This document shows, one piece after another, positions 51,108 through 61,540 of a stretch of 64,000 bases of DNA (position 1 is the first letter of the stretch; each line of letters begins with the position of its first letter). The DNA lies in assembly GCA_965116025.1 (NCBI GenBank), contig OZ220480.1, positions 544,001-608,000 on the forward strand. The letters are read 5' to 3'. A model generated the notes under the pieces. The model saw only the letters and a list, made by a program, of their open reading frames with translations. It was not told where the DNA came from and did no database searches. The stretch is from an uncultured candidatus Porisulfidus sp. (GTDB taxonomy: Bacteria > Pseudomonadota > Gammaproteobacteria > Poriferisulfidales > Poriferisulfidaceae). Both the position numbers and the translations under genes were made by a program.

Positions 51108-51628
51108 CGGACCGGCTCCTCCCGCGGTCCGGCCCCCGCCTCGAACGCCCGAAACTCTGGGCGGATTCCTGCGGGCGGCCTGTCTGGAGCGATCTCGGGT
51201 GGACCTGCATCCCTTCCACGCTGATTGATCACGCCCCGGCGCGCGGTGCGGTTTGCGTTCGCGAACCGACTTTCTGGAGAAAGGGCGTGGCTTCCATAAC
51301 GCCAAACCCGCCGCCGAATCGAACTGGTCAGTACCGAGAACAAATGCCCGTGGCGGATACCGATCCATATCGAGCGGGAAGAGATCCGGCGGAAGAAGGG
51401 CATCGACCTCGAAAATCCTCGGCGGGACCGCGAGCGGAAGACGGCATCCCAGCCGAGCGTCGCGCTCGGCGGTCGAATCCGTATTTTCGACGCGACTCCA
51501 GATTCCTGGGCGGGGAGCGACGGAAGGGTGGCGTCTTGGATTCTGGCGCGAGTTCACAGCTCAGTGCCGCGCGCAAGTCCATGATTCCGCAAGCGATCAT
51601 TCGTCCTACAACAGGCGGGTCGGAAAGT

Positions 51629-51668
51629 CAAGCGTAAATGGTCACGAGAAAGTGACCATTTACGCTTG
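51629..51668. repeat. Perfect 17-bp inverted repeat with 6-nt spacer
   Basis: caagcgtaaatggtcac-gagaaa-gtgaccatttacgcttg. Confidence 0.9.
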
Positions 51669-51696
51669 CGTTTTCCCGCGCTTTGGGGCATGGTCG

Positions 51697-51743
51697 GAGA
51701 CTCGCCGGATGGAGGCCGAGACTCGCCGGATGGAGGCCGAGAC
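51697..51743 (+). repeat. 21-bp tandem repeat (2 full units plus 5 nt)
   Basis: gagactcgccggatggaggcc twice, then gagac. Confidence 0.9.
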
Positions 51744-51791
51744 CCGCGCGCTCCGTCCTCACCCCTTGACCCGGATCAGGAGATCTTTACT

Positions 51792-52235
51792 ATGGAACAT
51801 CATCAGCAAATTCCCACCCAAGAGGCTTCCGCTCATTCCGCCCCGCGACCGCCCGGGTTCGATACAATGAGAGCGCAGAAGAAACTGACGAACGGAGGCT
51901 TCCAGGAGCGACAAGCCATGGCTATCGTCGAGACCATTCGAGACTCCCAGGCGGAACTCGCCACGAGAGAGGATTTGCTCGCGACGAGAAGGGACCTGAG
52001 AAGAGAAATAGGGGAAGTTCGAAAGGACTTGAAAGCCGAGATCGTGAAGCAGGGGCTCGAGCTTCGCAACGAATTGCATAGCGAGATTGGTGGCCTGCGC
52101 AAAGAGATGCAGGATCAGTTTTCCGCTATGCAGGATCGTCTCTCTATCATGCTCTGGCGCATCTTGCTCGGCTTTGGAGTGATCGTTGGCATTTTCGGAA
52201 CCATCGTCGGAATCGTCTTCACGTTAACTGGCTGA
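51792..52235 (+). CDS. DUF1640/CCDC90-like coiled-coil membrane-anchored protein
   Basis: FDTMRAQKKLTNGGFQERQAMAIVE...LATREDL head, heptad stalk, C-terminal TM; SD aggaga. Confidence 0.82.
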   Translation: MEHHQQIPTQEASAHSAPRPPGFDTMRAQKKLTNGGFQERQAMAIVETIRDSQAELATREDLLATRRDLRREIGEVRKDLKAEIVKQGLELRNELHSEIGGLRKEMQDQFSAMQDRLSIMLWRILLGFGVIVGIFGTIVGIVFTLTG

Positions 52236-52332
52236 AAGTGAGCCCCGGAAGCCGGCTTCATCGGCCGGGTCACCATTGGCTAAACGGAGCGAGATGATGG
52301 GAGAACGCCCTTGGAACGGGGTCGGCGCCTTA

Positions 52333-52645
52333 TCAGGTCAGTACGCGAAGAGCGGTCTCCGGAGCCTTGTCGAGCACCCGCAACAGCGCGCGCGCCGCGC
52401 CAGTCGGCCCGCGCTTCCCCTGTTCCCAATCGCGGATCGTCTCGCACGGCACGTTGATGCGCCGCGTCCCGCATGGCCTCAATTTCATCTTCCTTCTGTT
52501 GCGCGGCGATTTCGGCTTCGGTAGTACCGTCAACCACCGCGAGGTCGACCCGCCCCTCGAGGAAAGTCGTCGGATCTTCCAGATCAACACTGATGCGCGT
52601 TATGCTCATAGCTCGCGGTCTCCTTTCCGTTGGCTTCGCGAATTG
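52333..52645 (-). pseudogene. Decayed toxin-antitoxin module: XRE-HTH antitoxin with internal deletion/frameshift, plus 3' remnant of a BrnT-like toxin
   Basis: MSITRISVDLEDP...EAMRDAA shifts frame into RRINVPCETIRDWEQGKRGPTGAARALLRVL; overlapping upstream fragment IREANGKETASYEHNAHQC*. Confidence 0.7.
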
Positions 52646-52676
52646 TACGACGCGAGAGAACCCGCCTCTCCCACCG

Positions 52677-53795
52677 TCACCTTGAGATTTGGATCAGCGC
52701 GCCGGATTCCGGGAGGCGCGAAGCCTCCTGAAGAAGCTCGCATAATTCCATGTTGACATAGTAGTCGCCACGACCCGCGCGGCGTTTCTCGACCAGACCA
52801 GCATTCGCGAGCTGACCCAGCCAGCGAATGGCGGTCGCCCGCGAAACCCCCAGCTCACGCTGGACATGCCGTGAACGCGTGTACGGATGCCGGAACAGGT
52901 TATTCAGAAGATCCTGAGAGTACAACTTGGGCAAGACCTCGCGCATCCGCGCCTTGCGTTTCTTCATGAGCTCGTGGATCCCGGAGACCAGGCGCATGCT
53001 CGCCTTGGACGTCTCCTCGACCACCGCGAGCATGTATAGCGTCCAATCCTCCCATGCGTCCTCTTCCCGAGCGGACTGGAGCAGTTGGTAGTATCTCGCC
53101 CTAGTCTGGAGAATCGTCCGGCTCATGTACAGGATCGGAGGATCCAGCAAGCCCGTCTTCGCGAGGTAGAGAGCGTTCAGGACTCGGCCCACGCGCCCGT
53201 TGCCGTCGGAGAAGGGGTGAACGCTCTCGAACTGCAGATGGATGAGCGCCATCCTGATCAACGGATCGAGTGGCCCCGGGGATACGTCATTGACATAGCG
53301 AAGAAGCGCGCGCATGAGGCTCTTGATCTCGGCGAGCTCTTTCGGCGGGACATACACGATTCTCCGCTCCGCTGGATCTCCCCCGTAGGCGGGCTTCTCC
53401 CGGAAGCCATCTTGACGACCCGTGATCTCTCGATAAACATCTATAATCACGCGCTCCGTGACCCGCCATCCTGATTCGATCAGGATTCGGTAGCCCTTCT
53501 TCAAGGCCCGCCGATACCGCATCACCTCTTTGGTGGCAGCGGACGCTCTCGACTCCCCCAGAACGCCATCTGCTCGGAAAAGCTCATCCTGCGTGGTCGC
53601 GATATTCTCGACCGCGGAACTCGCGTGCGCTTCCTGCAAAGTGAGCGTGTCGATCAATATTTCCTGATTCGGTATGGATGCCGCGCGGCCCGCGAGCTCG
53701 CCCAAGGCGCGATTCGCGCTGGCGAGAGCCTTCAAAATCCGTACCGTGTTGAGATCGACCCCATAGGGAGGCAACGGGCAAAGATATCGTTCCAT
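52677..53795 (-). CDS. Fic-family protein with C-terminal HTH
   Basis: Canonical HPFSDGNGRVGR motif, N-terminal SSAVEN inhibitory-helix motif, GVSRATAIRWL HTH. Confidence 0.92.
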   Translation of the reverse strand: MERYLCPLPPYGVDLNTVRILKALASANRALGELAGRAASIPNQEILIDTLTLQEAHASSAVENIATTQDELFRADGVLGESRASAATKEVMRYRRALKKGYRILIESGWRVTERVIIDVYREITGRQDGFREKPAYGGDPAERRIVYVPPKELAEIKSLMRALLRYVNDVSPGPLDPLIRMALIHLQFESVHPFSDGNGRVGRVLNALYLAKTGLLDPPILYMSRTILQTRARYYQLLQSAREEDAWEDWTLYMLAVVEETSKASMRLVSGIHELMKKRKARMREVLPKLYSQDLLNNLFRHPYTRSRHVQRELGVSRATAIRWLGQLANAGLVEKRRAGRGDYYVNMELCELLQEASRLPESGALIQISR

Positions 53796-54197
53796 TCTTG
53801 ACAAAAAACTTATCAAAATTTGCCGTTTATTATATCTTCAACAATTAATCATTTCAAATATAAATATTTTTGATATATAGCTGGAGCGATCTTCTCAAAA
53901 TTCTCGGTATTTGAACGAATGACTCAGATGAGACCGCAAGAATTTCGGAGCGCGTTTCCCGAAAATTTCCCACGTGGTGAAAGGCCGATACCCCACCCCC
54001 ATAATCATGGTGCCGGCCTCGCGATCTCAAGCGCGAGATAGGGGATGCGCCTATGGAGCGCGGAGGCCATCGCCCGCGACCTCTCCACGGCCGCGTCAAA
54101 TCGCGCGCGAATTTCCGCTTAAAGCAACAGTACGCGGAAAACTGTTGCAATTAGGCCGGATGCCGCCTTCCGCGGGCGGATTCCCTAGGGCTGAGGC

Positions 54198-55073
54198 TCA
54201 AAACGCGCGACTACGGAAAGGCTCGACCGCTCCCTGCATCGCCGCCGCCCGCGCCGTATTGAGCAACAGGCAAGCCACCGTCATCGGCCCGGTGCCCCCG
54301 GGCATCGGGGTCACGCGTCCCGCGACCTTCCGGACCTCCTCGAATCGAACGTCCCCCTGGATCTTCCCGCCCACGCGGTTCACCCCGACATCGAACACCG
54401 CCGCGCCGGGCTTGACGTGCTCCGCCGTGATCATTCCGGGACTGCCGGTCGCCGCCACCAGAATATCCGCCTCGCGCGCGATCCTTCGCAGACCCCGAGT
54501 GCGCGAGTGCGCCACGGTCACGGTGGCGTCCACCCCACGCTCGGCCAGCATCAGCGCCATCGGCACGCCTACCAGGCGCGAGCGCCCAACCACCAGGGCT
54601 CGCGCTCCAGAAGTCGGAATTCGGTAATGCCGGATCAGCTCCATCACGCCGAACGGCGTGCATGGACGCAACCCGGGAAGCCCCGCCGCGAGACGGCCCA
54701 AGTTGGTTTCCGTCAGGCCGTCCACATCCTTATCCGGAGGGATGGCGGCTAGCGCCTCCGCGGAGTCCAAGCCGCCCGGAAGCGGCATCTGCACCAGGAT
54801 CCCGTGCACGGATGGGTCGCCCGCCAAAATCCGGATCGCCTGGACCAGATCCTCCTGAGCGATGTCCGCGGGAAAGGCCTGATGCCGCGAGATGATCCCG
54901 GCCTCGTCGGCCTCCCTGATCTTCCGGGAGACGTACAACTGGCTGGCCGGGTCCTCGCCGACCAGCACGGTCGCCAAGGTCACCGGGGCCGCGGCATCCA
55001 GACGCTCGGCAAGCCGCGCGCGGATTCCGCGCGCGACCGCGTCGCCGTCGATCAGCCGCCCGGACTCACTCAA
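54198..55073 (-). CDS. folD: Methylenetetrahydrofolate dehydrogenase/cyclohydrolase
   Basis: ILVQMPLP, KDVDG, PCTP, GRSRLVG and PGGTGPMTVA motifs. Confidence 0.96.
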   Translation of the reverse strand: MSESGRLIDGDAVARGIRARLAERLDAAAPVTLATVLVGEDPASQLYVSRKIREADEAGIISRHQAFPADIAQEDLVQAIRILAGDPSVHGILVQMPLPGGLDSAEALAAIPPDKDVDGLTETNLGRLAAGLPGLRPCTPFGVMELIRHYRIPTSGARALVVGRSRLVGVPMALMLAERGVDATVTVAHSRTRGLRRIAREADILVAATGSPGMITAEHVKPGAAVFDVGVNRVGGKIQGDVRFEEVRKVAGRVTPMPGGTGPMTVACLLLNTARAAAMQGAVEPFRSRAF

Positions 55074-55992
55074 TGGGGGGTTGCTTGTCCGGGTCGAGAT
55101 AGATCAGGTTCTTTCCAAGGCGGCCGCCGTAGTTTCCGGCCGAGATCATGATCAGGCCCGCGGTGTCGCGAGACGCCTCGATGGCCGCGTGGGTGGCCTG
55201 GATGATCGTCTCCAGGTCGCGCCCGTTAATGATGATCTCCATGACCGAGCTCACGCCTTCCGGGAGGCCTCGCTCGACTTCCGGGTCATCCTGCAGCATG
55301 GGGCAGAATTTCTCGTAGGTGCTGGCGATCGAGAACTTGTACGCGCTGCCGGGTTTGGAGCCAGACCCCGCGACTCCGCCGGGGAAGCACATCACCACGC
55401 CCGGCGTCTTGGCGATCGCCTCGACTCCCTTCATGGCGGCGTTCAGCGCGGAATCGACATCGCCGCCGAAGAACCAGAGATTGCCGCCCATCAGGCCGTC
55501 GGCGTACCCTAGCCTGCGGTCCAGCACGAACTCGCCGCCCAGAATCGGCACCCACCACATCTTTCGCCCGAATCGCTCGACGCGGCGCTGCTTGCCATTC
55601 CCGAAATAGGCGACCTTCCGGCCCATCTGGAAGTGATCCTCGGTGTCCAAAAGATTGAAGCAGGAAGCCGTCGGGCAGGTCAGCACGTTCTGGCTGATCC
55701 GCACCAGCGCGGCCCGCTCCAGCTTCTCCACCCGGTCCTTCCAGAAACGCGGCACGTGCAATTGCACGATCGCGCCCGGGCGTCCGTCCGGGGTCTCGAA
55801 AGACTCGTCTCCCCCCGGTCCCACGAACCGGTCCAGGCCCGCCTCGCAATCACACAGAATCGTGCTGGCGGCGTTCCCGACCGCGGCGTCCACCGCGTGC
55901 CGGACCCAGGTCTGGTCCCGGGCCGTGATCAGAAACTCAGTGTAGAGGCTACGGAACGCCTCGGCGTAAGTGTCATCGATTCGCGCGGACAT
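55066..55992 (-). CDS. Formylmethanofuran-tetrahydromethanopterin N-formyltransferase family protein (Ftr/FhcD-like)
   Basis: IDDTYAEAF, CDCEAG, TPDGRPG, QNVLTCPT, GGNL, FPGGVAGSGSK, EIIING and ISAGNYGGRLG are Ftr signatures. Confidence 0.92.
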   Translation of the reverse strand: MSARIDDTYAEAFRSLYTEFLITARDQTWVRHAVDAAVGNAASTILCDCEAGLDRFVGPGGDESFETPDGRPGAIVQLHVPRFWKDRVEKLERAALVRISQNVLTCPTASCFNLLDTEDHFQMGRKVAYFGNGKQRRVERFGRKMWWVPILGGEFVLDRRLGYADGLMGGNLWFFGGDVDSALNAAMKGVEAIAKTPGVVMCFPGGVAGSGSKPGSAYKFSIASTYEKFCPMLQDDPEVERGLPEGVSSVMEIIINGRDLETIIQATHAAIEASRDTAGLIMISAGNYGGRLGKNLIYLDPDKQPPIE

Positions 55993-55995
55993 GGA

Positions 55996-56628
55996 TCAGT
56001 CTCGCCCGCGACCCCGATAGACCGCGTCCTCGGTCACCACGTAATCCATGTACACGTCGTGCGGAGCGACCAGAATCTCTTCGAACAGCTGCGATTCGTA
56101 GCACAGCGCCACCAGCGCGCAATCCGGACGGACCCGCTCGAGCAAGCGGTCGTAGTAGCCTTGGCCGTTGCCCATGCGGCCGCCGTCGCGGTCGAAGCCG
56201 ACGCCCGGGACCATCACCATGTCCAACTCCTCCGCCGCCGGCTCCTTGTCCGGGTTGCCCCACATCTCTTTCGGAGGCTCGAGGATGTTCCATTTGCCGA
56301 CCACCATCTCCTCCAGACTCTCCATGTGCCACAGGCCGAGCTTGTTCTCCCCCTTCTCGTCCACCGTGCAGTACGGCACGACGATCTTCTTCTCGCCCTT
56401 GGCCACCTCGTCGAGCAGTTGCGGCTTGGTGCGGGTCTCGGAGCGGCAGTCGATATACCACATGACGGAGCGGGCGTTCCCATACTCCTCCAAGGCCATC
56501 AGGCGCCCCACCGCCCGGGCGCTGATCTCGTCCTTGTTCTCCTGGGCGTTCCGGCGGTCATACGCCTCGCGGCGCATCTTGGCCTTCCGCTCCATGATCG
56601 CGTCAAGTTCTTCTTGTGACAAAGCCAT
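55996..56628 (-). CDS. 5-formyltetrahydrofolate cyclo-ligase
   Basis: VPGVGFDRDGGRMGNGQGYYDRLL, ILEP and PHDVYMD motifs; SD aggaga. Confidence 0.93.
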   Translation of the reverse strand: MALSQEELDAIMERKAKMRREAYDRRNAQENKDEISARAVGRLMALEEYGNARSVMWYIDCRSETRTKPQLLDEVAKGEKKIVVPYCTVDEKGENKLGLWHMESLEEMVVGKWNILEPPKEMWGNPDKEPAAEELDMVMVPGVGFDRDGGRMGNGQGYYDRLLERVRPDCALVALCYESQLFEEILVAPHDVYMDYVVTEDAVYRGRGRD

Positions 56629-57160
56629 CGGGTCTCTCCTATGCGCCTGCGGCGGGGAAAATCGGGTAACCGGAAAAGTGAGGTGCAGATTATAGGGGAT
56701 TTCGCTCCAGGCGCCTGAAAGCGGGGTGGAAGGCATCACTGGCGGCAATCATCGCCTCTCCGGGCTCGCTTCCACCCATCCGTCCCTAGCCTCGCGATCA
56801 AGCGGAGCGAGACCCTCTGACATGGTGGATGACGCCACGCGCCCAGTCGCGCCTTCACCAGCGTTTTCCTTACTTTTCTGGCTCCTTTGTAGCGAGTCGT
56901 CAAAACATAGCCAACTCTCCCCCGGATTGCCATCAGCAACCTGTTACTCCGCTTCTGGTCCAGTCGTCTCCTTCGTCGCCTCGCGCGCTGGTCAACCAGC
57001 GCGGTTTTCGGGCGTGTCACGCTTGAAAGTTGAAACCGGGGCTACCAAAAAATCCAGTATCCGACGAAACACCACAACAGGCCAGCCAATATAAAAGCCA
57101 CCCAGTTCGAGACTTGATCCGCGCCTCTTCGAACCAGCAGAAAGTCATTCCTATTAATCT

Positions 57161-60100
57161 TCATACGATGCGCGCCTCGCCCCCAACGATGGAGTACGTG
57201 GGCCGTTCGAGCCCGGACCAGGAGATGACGGATGACTGTCCTTTGTGAGTCAGAGTCACGGCCCCGGCCGAGAGCAACCGATCCCGCCACGACACGCTAT
57301 CGAACAACGAATCCCGGACGATCAGGACATCGGTGCCGCCCTCGCCGCCGTCCAGGTCGCCACTGAGCGCGGCGTTGGCCAGCAGAACGAATTGGTCTAC
57401 GTTATGGCCCCCCCGTAGCCTCTCCACCCCGGTGAAATCGACGGTCCACATCCTTCCGTCTTCGCCCGCCCCGAACCGGAGGTTTCCAGAATTGGAGCCG
57501 TCAAGGGTCCAGACGACGTTCACGCCGGGCCCCTGGATGGCGTCAATCGCGCCGCCGGCGCGAATACCTCTCATCCCGTACGCCTTGAAACCGTAGACTT
57601 CGAAGCTGCCGTCCGTAGAGAACGTCCAGGTCGTGTCCTCGTTCTTGCCCACGAACCAGTTCTTGCCAGAACCAGCCGCCAGCTTCTCGAACCCGTGGAG
57701 AGTCCAGGTGGCGGCGGTGGCGCGATCCTGCGCGTCGAGAGCTGGCCCCACGCGCGCCGCTCCCGCCTCCGTGACCGACCATGCTCGATCACCGGCGTCC
57801 CCCAGCGCCGTGTCCTCTCCACTTCCCCCTCCCAGCTCCTCGACCGAAGTGAATCGGGCCAGCAGCGCCTCGCTGTAGGAATCCAGCGTGGCCAGCATCC
57901 GACCTGATTCCCCGGAGTCCGGCAGAGTCCAGAGAGTCGCCTCGTCATTGAGGATCGCGATGCGGTCGTTTCCCTCTCCCCCGTCGAACTCGATGATCGG
58001 CAGGGGATTGACGGTCTCCGAGATGCTCAACGCGTCATCGAAGCCATCCGCGTCAATGGTGACGGTATCGTCGCCGGAGCCGGTCAGGATCACGAATCGG
58101 GTAACGGCCCCAAGTTCCACGTCCGCCAACTCGCGGTCCGACCCGTCCACGAGCTTGATACGGTGGGCGCCATCCGGATCCGTGGCCAACTTGAACCTGA
58201 GATCAAGATCGCCAGTCTCCGAACTTCGGTCAACGGTGTAAATGGACTCGACGAGCTCGAAGTCGGTATAGGAGACGGTGATGTCGTCGAGAGTCACGCT
58301 GCCCGACTCTGGAGAGCCGCTCATCTCGATCAACTCGTAATCGGTGTATTCGTAGGCCAGCGTGTCCTCGCCATTGCCTCCGTTCAGCCTCTCGATGCCA
58401 GTGAATCCGATCCGTAATCCCTCCTCCTTTCCGTCGAGCGCGCTCGATACATCGCCCGCGCCCGCGCCCGCGCCGGACAGGGTCCACCGCGAATTCTCGT
58501 CGGAAAGCACCGTGAGCACGTCGTTCGCGCCTTTCTCTCCCGTCACGATGAAAGACGGGGTCCGCGTGGCCGCGTTCTTTCCGAGCAAACTGGCGAAGGA
58601 CGTAGCGTCGATCACGACGCGGTTGTTCGCGCCTCCCCCAAGCGTCACGCGAAGAATGGAAATGTCCGAGAGATCCCAACTGTGAATTTCCTCCGGATCG
58701 GAGTCGAGCGTGGGAAAATCGTAAACCTTGACATAGTAAGCGGTCCGCGTCTCCTCGTTCACGGTCGTCTCCACGGCGACCAGCTTGACCTGAACGATCC
58801 GGTCCTCCTCGTCCTCATTCTCCTCGGCTCCGAGATTTATCTCCCGCTCCGTGGATTCGAAGTTAGCGCGAGCGATCACCGGGCCGATGGCCGGGCCCGC
58901 CACATGCTTGATGCGGAGAGAATCCGTCGGGCCGGCTCCGTCGAGACTCTCCACTCCGGTAAAGTCCACGGTCAGCGGTCCGGAATCCTCCGCGACCGTG
59001 GCCCACGCCACGCCATCGCCGTCCGGCTCCACGATCCAATCGGTTTTCGCGTCGTTGGTGATGACCAATTGGTCTTGACCTCGTCCGGCATCCACGATGA
59101 TCACGGGTGGCTGGGGACTGTCGGACTGCCGGGCACCGAACGAAGTCGCGTCGATGACGATCCGATCATCGCCATCCCCGGTGCGCAGAATGATCGATGT
59201 GGTGTCGGACGCGCTGGTCGCGGCCACGACTACGGCGGGATCATCGGCATCGACCGCGGCGAAGCGCGCGCTTCCGTTCTCACCATCCACGCGCTTGACA
59301 AGAAGCCGCTGGGCAGCCTCCTGATCGGAGCGGTCGATCACCCATGTGGATTCGACGCTGTCGAAGTCCGAATAAGACAACGACGCGCCGTTAAGCTGGA
59401 CCGTCTCGCGCGCTCCCGGCCCCTCGACCGCGGGGCGGTGACTGAACGCGACGCTCGTGAAATCCGATTTCACGACCGCCAGCTCGTCCTTCCCCACGCC
59501 GCCCACCAAATTCTCCGCGCCGGACCAAGAGACGTTCAGCCGAGTCTCTCCATCCGCGAGATTGCCGCTCACCGCGCCTGCATCCGCGTTTCTGACCGAC
59601 CACTTCAGGTCGCCTCCGTGGGTGATCTCCAGTCGATCTTGATCCCCCTCCCCAGTATCGACGAGAAACTCCGGAACCGCCTCGCCATCACTCAGGTCCT
59701 GGAAGGAATCCGCCTTGATCGTGACCCAATCGTCACCCCGCCCGGTGTTGACGGAAACTCGGGAGACATCGGCGAGCCGCTGCTTGGCGACGACATTCCC
59801 GGTGTTTCGGTCAACGATCTGGACGTAATTGACGTTCTTCATGTCGCCGTTGGCCCGTTCCCTCTGCTTGACCATCTTGACGATGAGCTGCTGCTCCCCC
59901 GCGCCGCCAGACAACCCGGTCACGTCGTGGACAGCTCGCCGTTGAGCAGCAGACGAGGCTCCATCGCCTCGAACAGAAACGGCTGCCTAGCGCGCGGGCG
60001 GCGCGCCTCCGGCCAAGTTGGGATGCGGGAGCGGACCCAATTCCGGACCACTCCAGAAAGCGGACTTCGGGACTCGGGTTCCAGGCAACTCTCGGACGAG

Positions 60101-60429
60101 ACGCCTTCGGAAGGCGCGGGAAGGATGGCGGGATCGGAAGAACGGCCGCCCGCGCGACGAAACATCCGCGCGAGGGAGGGTGGAATCAAGGCGGATTTTC
60201 CATTGGCCCGATCTCCCGCCCGCGTCCCCTTATCCGCGGCAGCATCACAGGCGATCACCCGCATCCGCGCCCACGCGCGGGCGGCCACGTCACGGCTTGA
60301 GGAATCCCTCGCCTCAGGCCGCCCTCTCGCTCTCCCCGCCATGACGGTCTCTCGCCTCCCAGAGCGCGCTGACATCATTTCCGTCGGGCGGCCCGCGTTC
60401 CTTGACGTAGAAAGATCGCTGGCAGCCAC
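57161..60429 (-). pseudogene. LEPR-XLL-motif, RTX-like repetitive secreted protein; frameshifted and apparently truncated
   Basis: FEAMEPRLLL in 59920-60429 is followed by a frame change (GAG CTG TCC vs GTC CAC GAC GTG) into a 920-aa acidic ORF with repeated TGxGDD/GGxGxD units; start uncertain. Confidence 0.75.
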
Positions 60430-61517
60430 CAGCCCGGCGCCTGGAATCGGTCGGTTTCCCGACCGTCGTCCCGCTCGTCAACCCGAGCGAAAAACGCGCG
60501 GAACCGGCTTGGCAAAGTTTAGGCGGGGGATGTTTCTTTTATGTGAACGCGCCTCCGCTCCGGTCGAGCGGAAAACGCCGCGCTGGACTGTGGGTCACGC
60601 GCCCGGAAGATCAAGGAGAACCGGGCTTGGCAAGGGGTGGATCGCCAAAGGTGAAAGGTGAAGAATCGCTATCGAATGAAAGTGCTTCTGGATGGCTTGG
60701 GTAAGCCCAAGGTCAAGCGAGGGGTGTCAGTCATACTTGGAACACCTTCATCACTTCGTCACCAAAATGATTGATGGCCTTGACCGCGATACGGCCGGAA
60801 GCGGGCTTGGGAAAAGGGCGGGAAGTGTCTCTTTTCAGGGTGGCCCACACCTCTTCATCAATCTCGGCCCTCAAGGTCGTTTTGAGGGACTTGTAGGGAT
60901 CCTGCGCCCCAAGGAAGTAAGCATGGCGCACGAAGAAACTCTCCTCGTTATAGTCGGTGTCCACAAACCAGCACGCGATGCCGTCAGCATTGTCGCTCCG
61001 CACCTCGCCGCTATTAGGATGGAAAACATCCACGCCTTTGATACGCACCCGGATGCTACCGTCATCATCCGGCAAGATATCAATGTCGGGCTCGCCAAAG
61101 ATCACGAAGAGATTTCCTTTCCCGGTATTCTTGAGGTCATCGGCCATGTGCAGATCAGCGTTCATGCGCGCCTTCAATATCGGAATTCGCCCGAGCTTAT
61201 TCAATTCGGTGGCATGAACATCGTAGTTGAAGGCGCAAGCGACCAACACATCGCAACCGGCATCGGCAGCTTCACGCGCGGCGGTTACCAAATCTGCCCG
61301 CATGACCGTTCCAAATTCCGGGCCAATAAAAATGCCAGCGCATCGTATGGTGCCTTTGTCACTATCGCCCTCCAAATAGTCCCCTCGGGCGCAGACGAGG
61401 TTCCCAGGCCAAGGAACCAATGAAATGAACTTGATGTGATCCCCTTTGCGCGCCTGCTGGACACCAGAGGTTGCCAGATTCTTCAAGATCATATCAGTGA
61501 AATTCGATGCCTCTTGC

Positions 61518-61540
61518 GGGGGGGGGGGGGGGGGGGGGGG
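61518..61540 (-). repeat. C23 homopolymer (G23 on + strand) inside the MTase, encoding Pro8 in frame
   Basis: 23 consecutive G counted directly; reads AAT (CCC)7 CCG CAA on the minus strand. Confidence 0.9.

Noticed and set aside
51697-51743. Possible CRISPR array
   Set aside because: Head-to-tail 21-bp duplication without spacers; no cas genes in the window.
53810-53910. Very AT-rich patch as a possible origin or mobile-element end
   Set aside because: No DnaA boxes, iterons or terminal repeats recognised; consistent with the fic promoter region.
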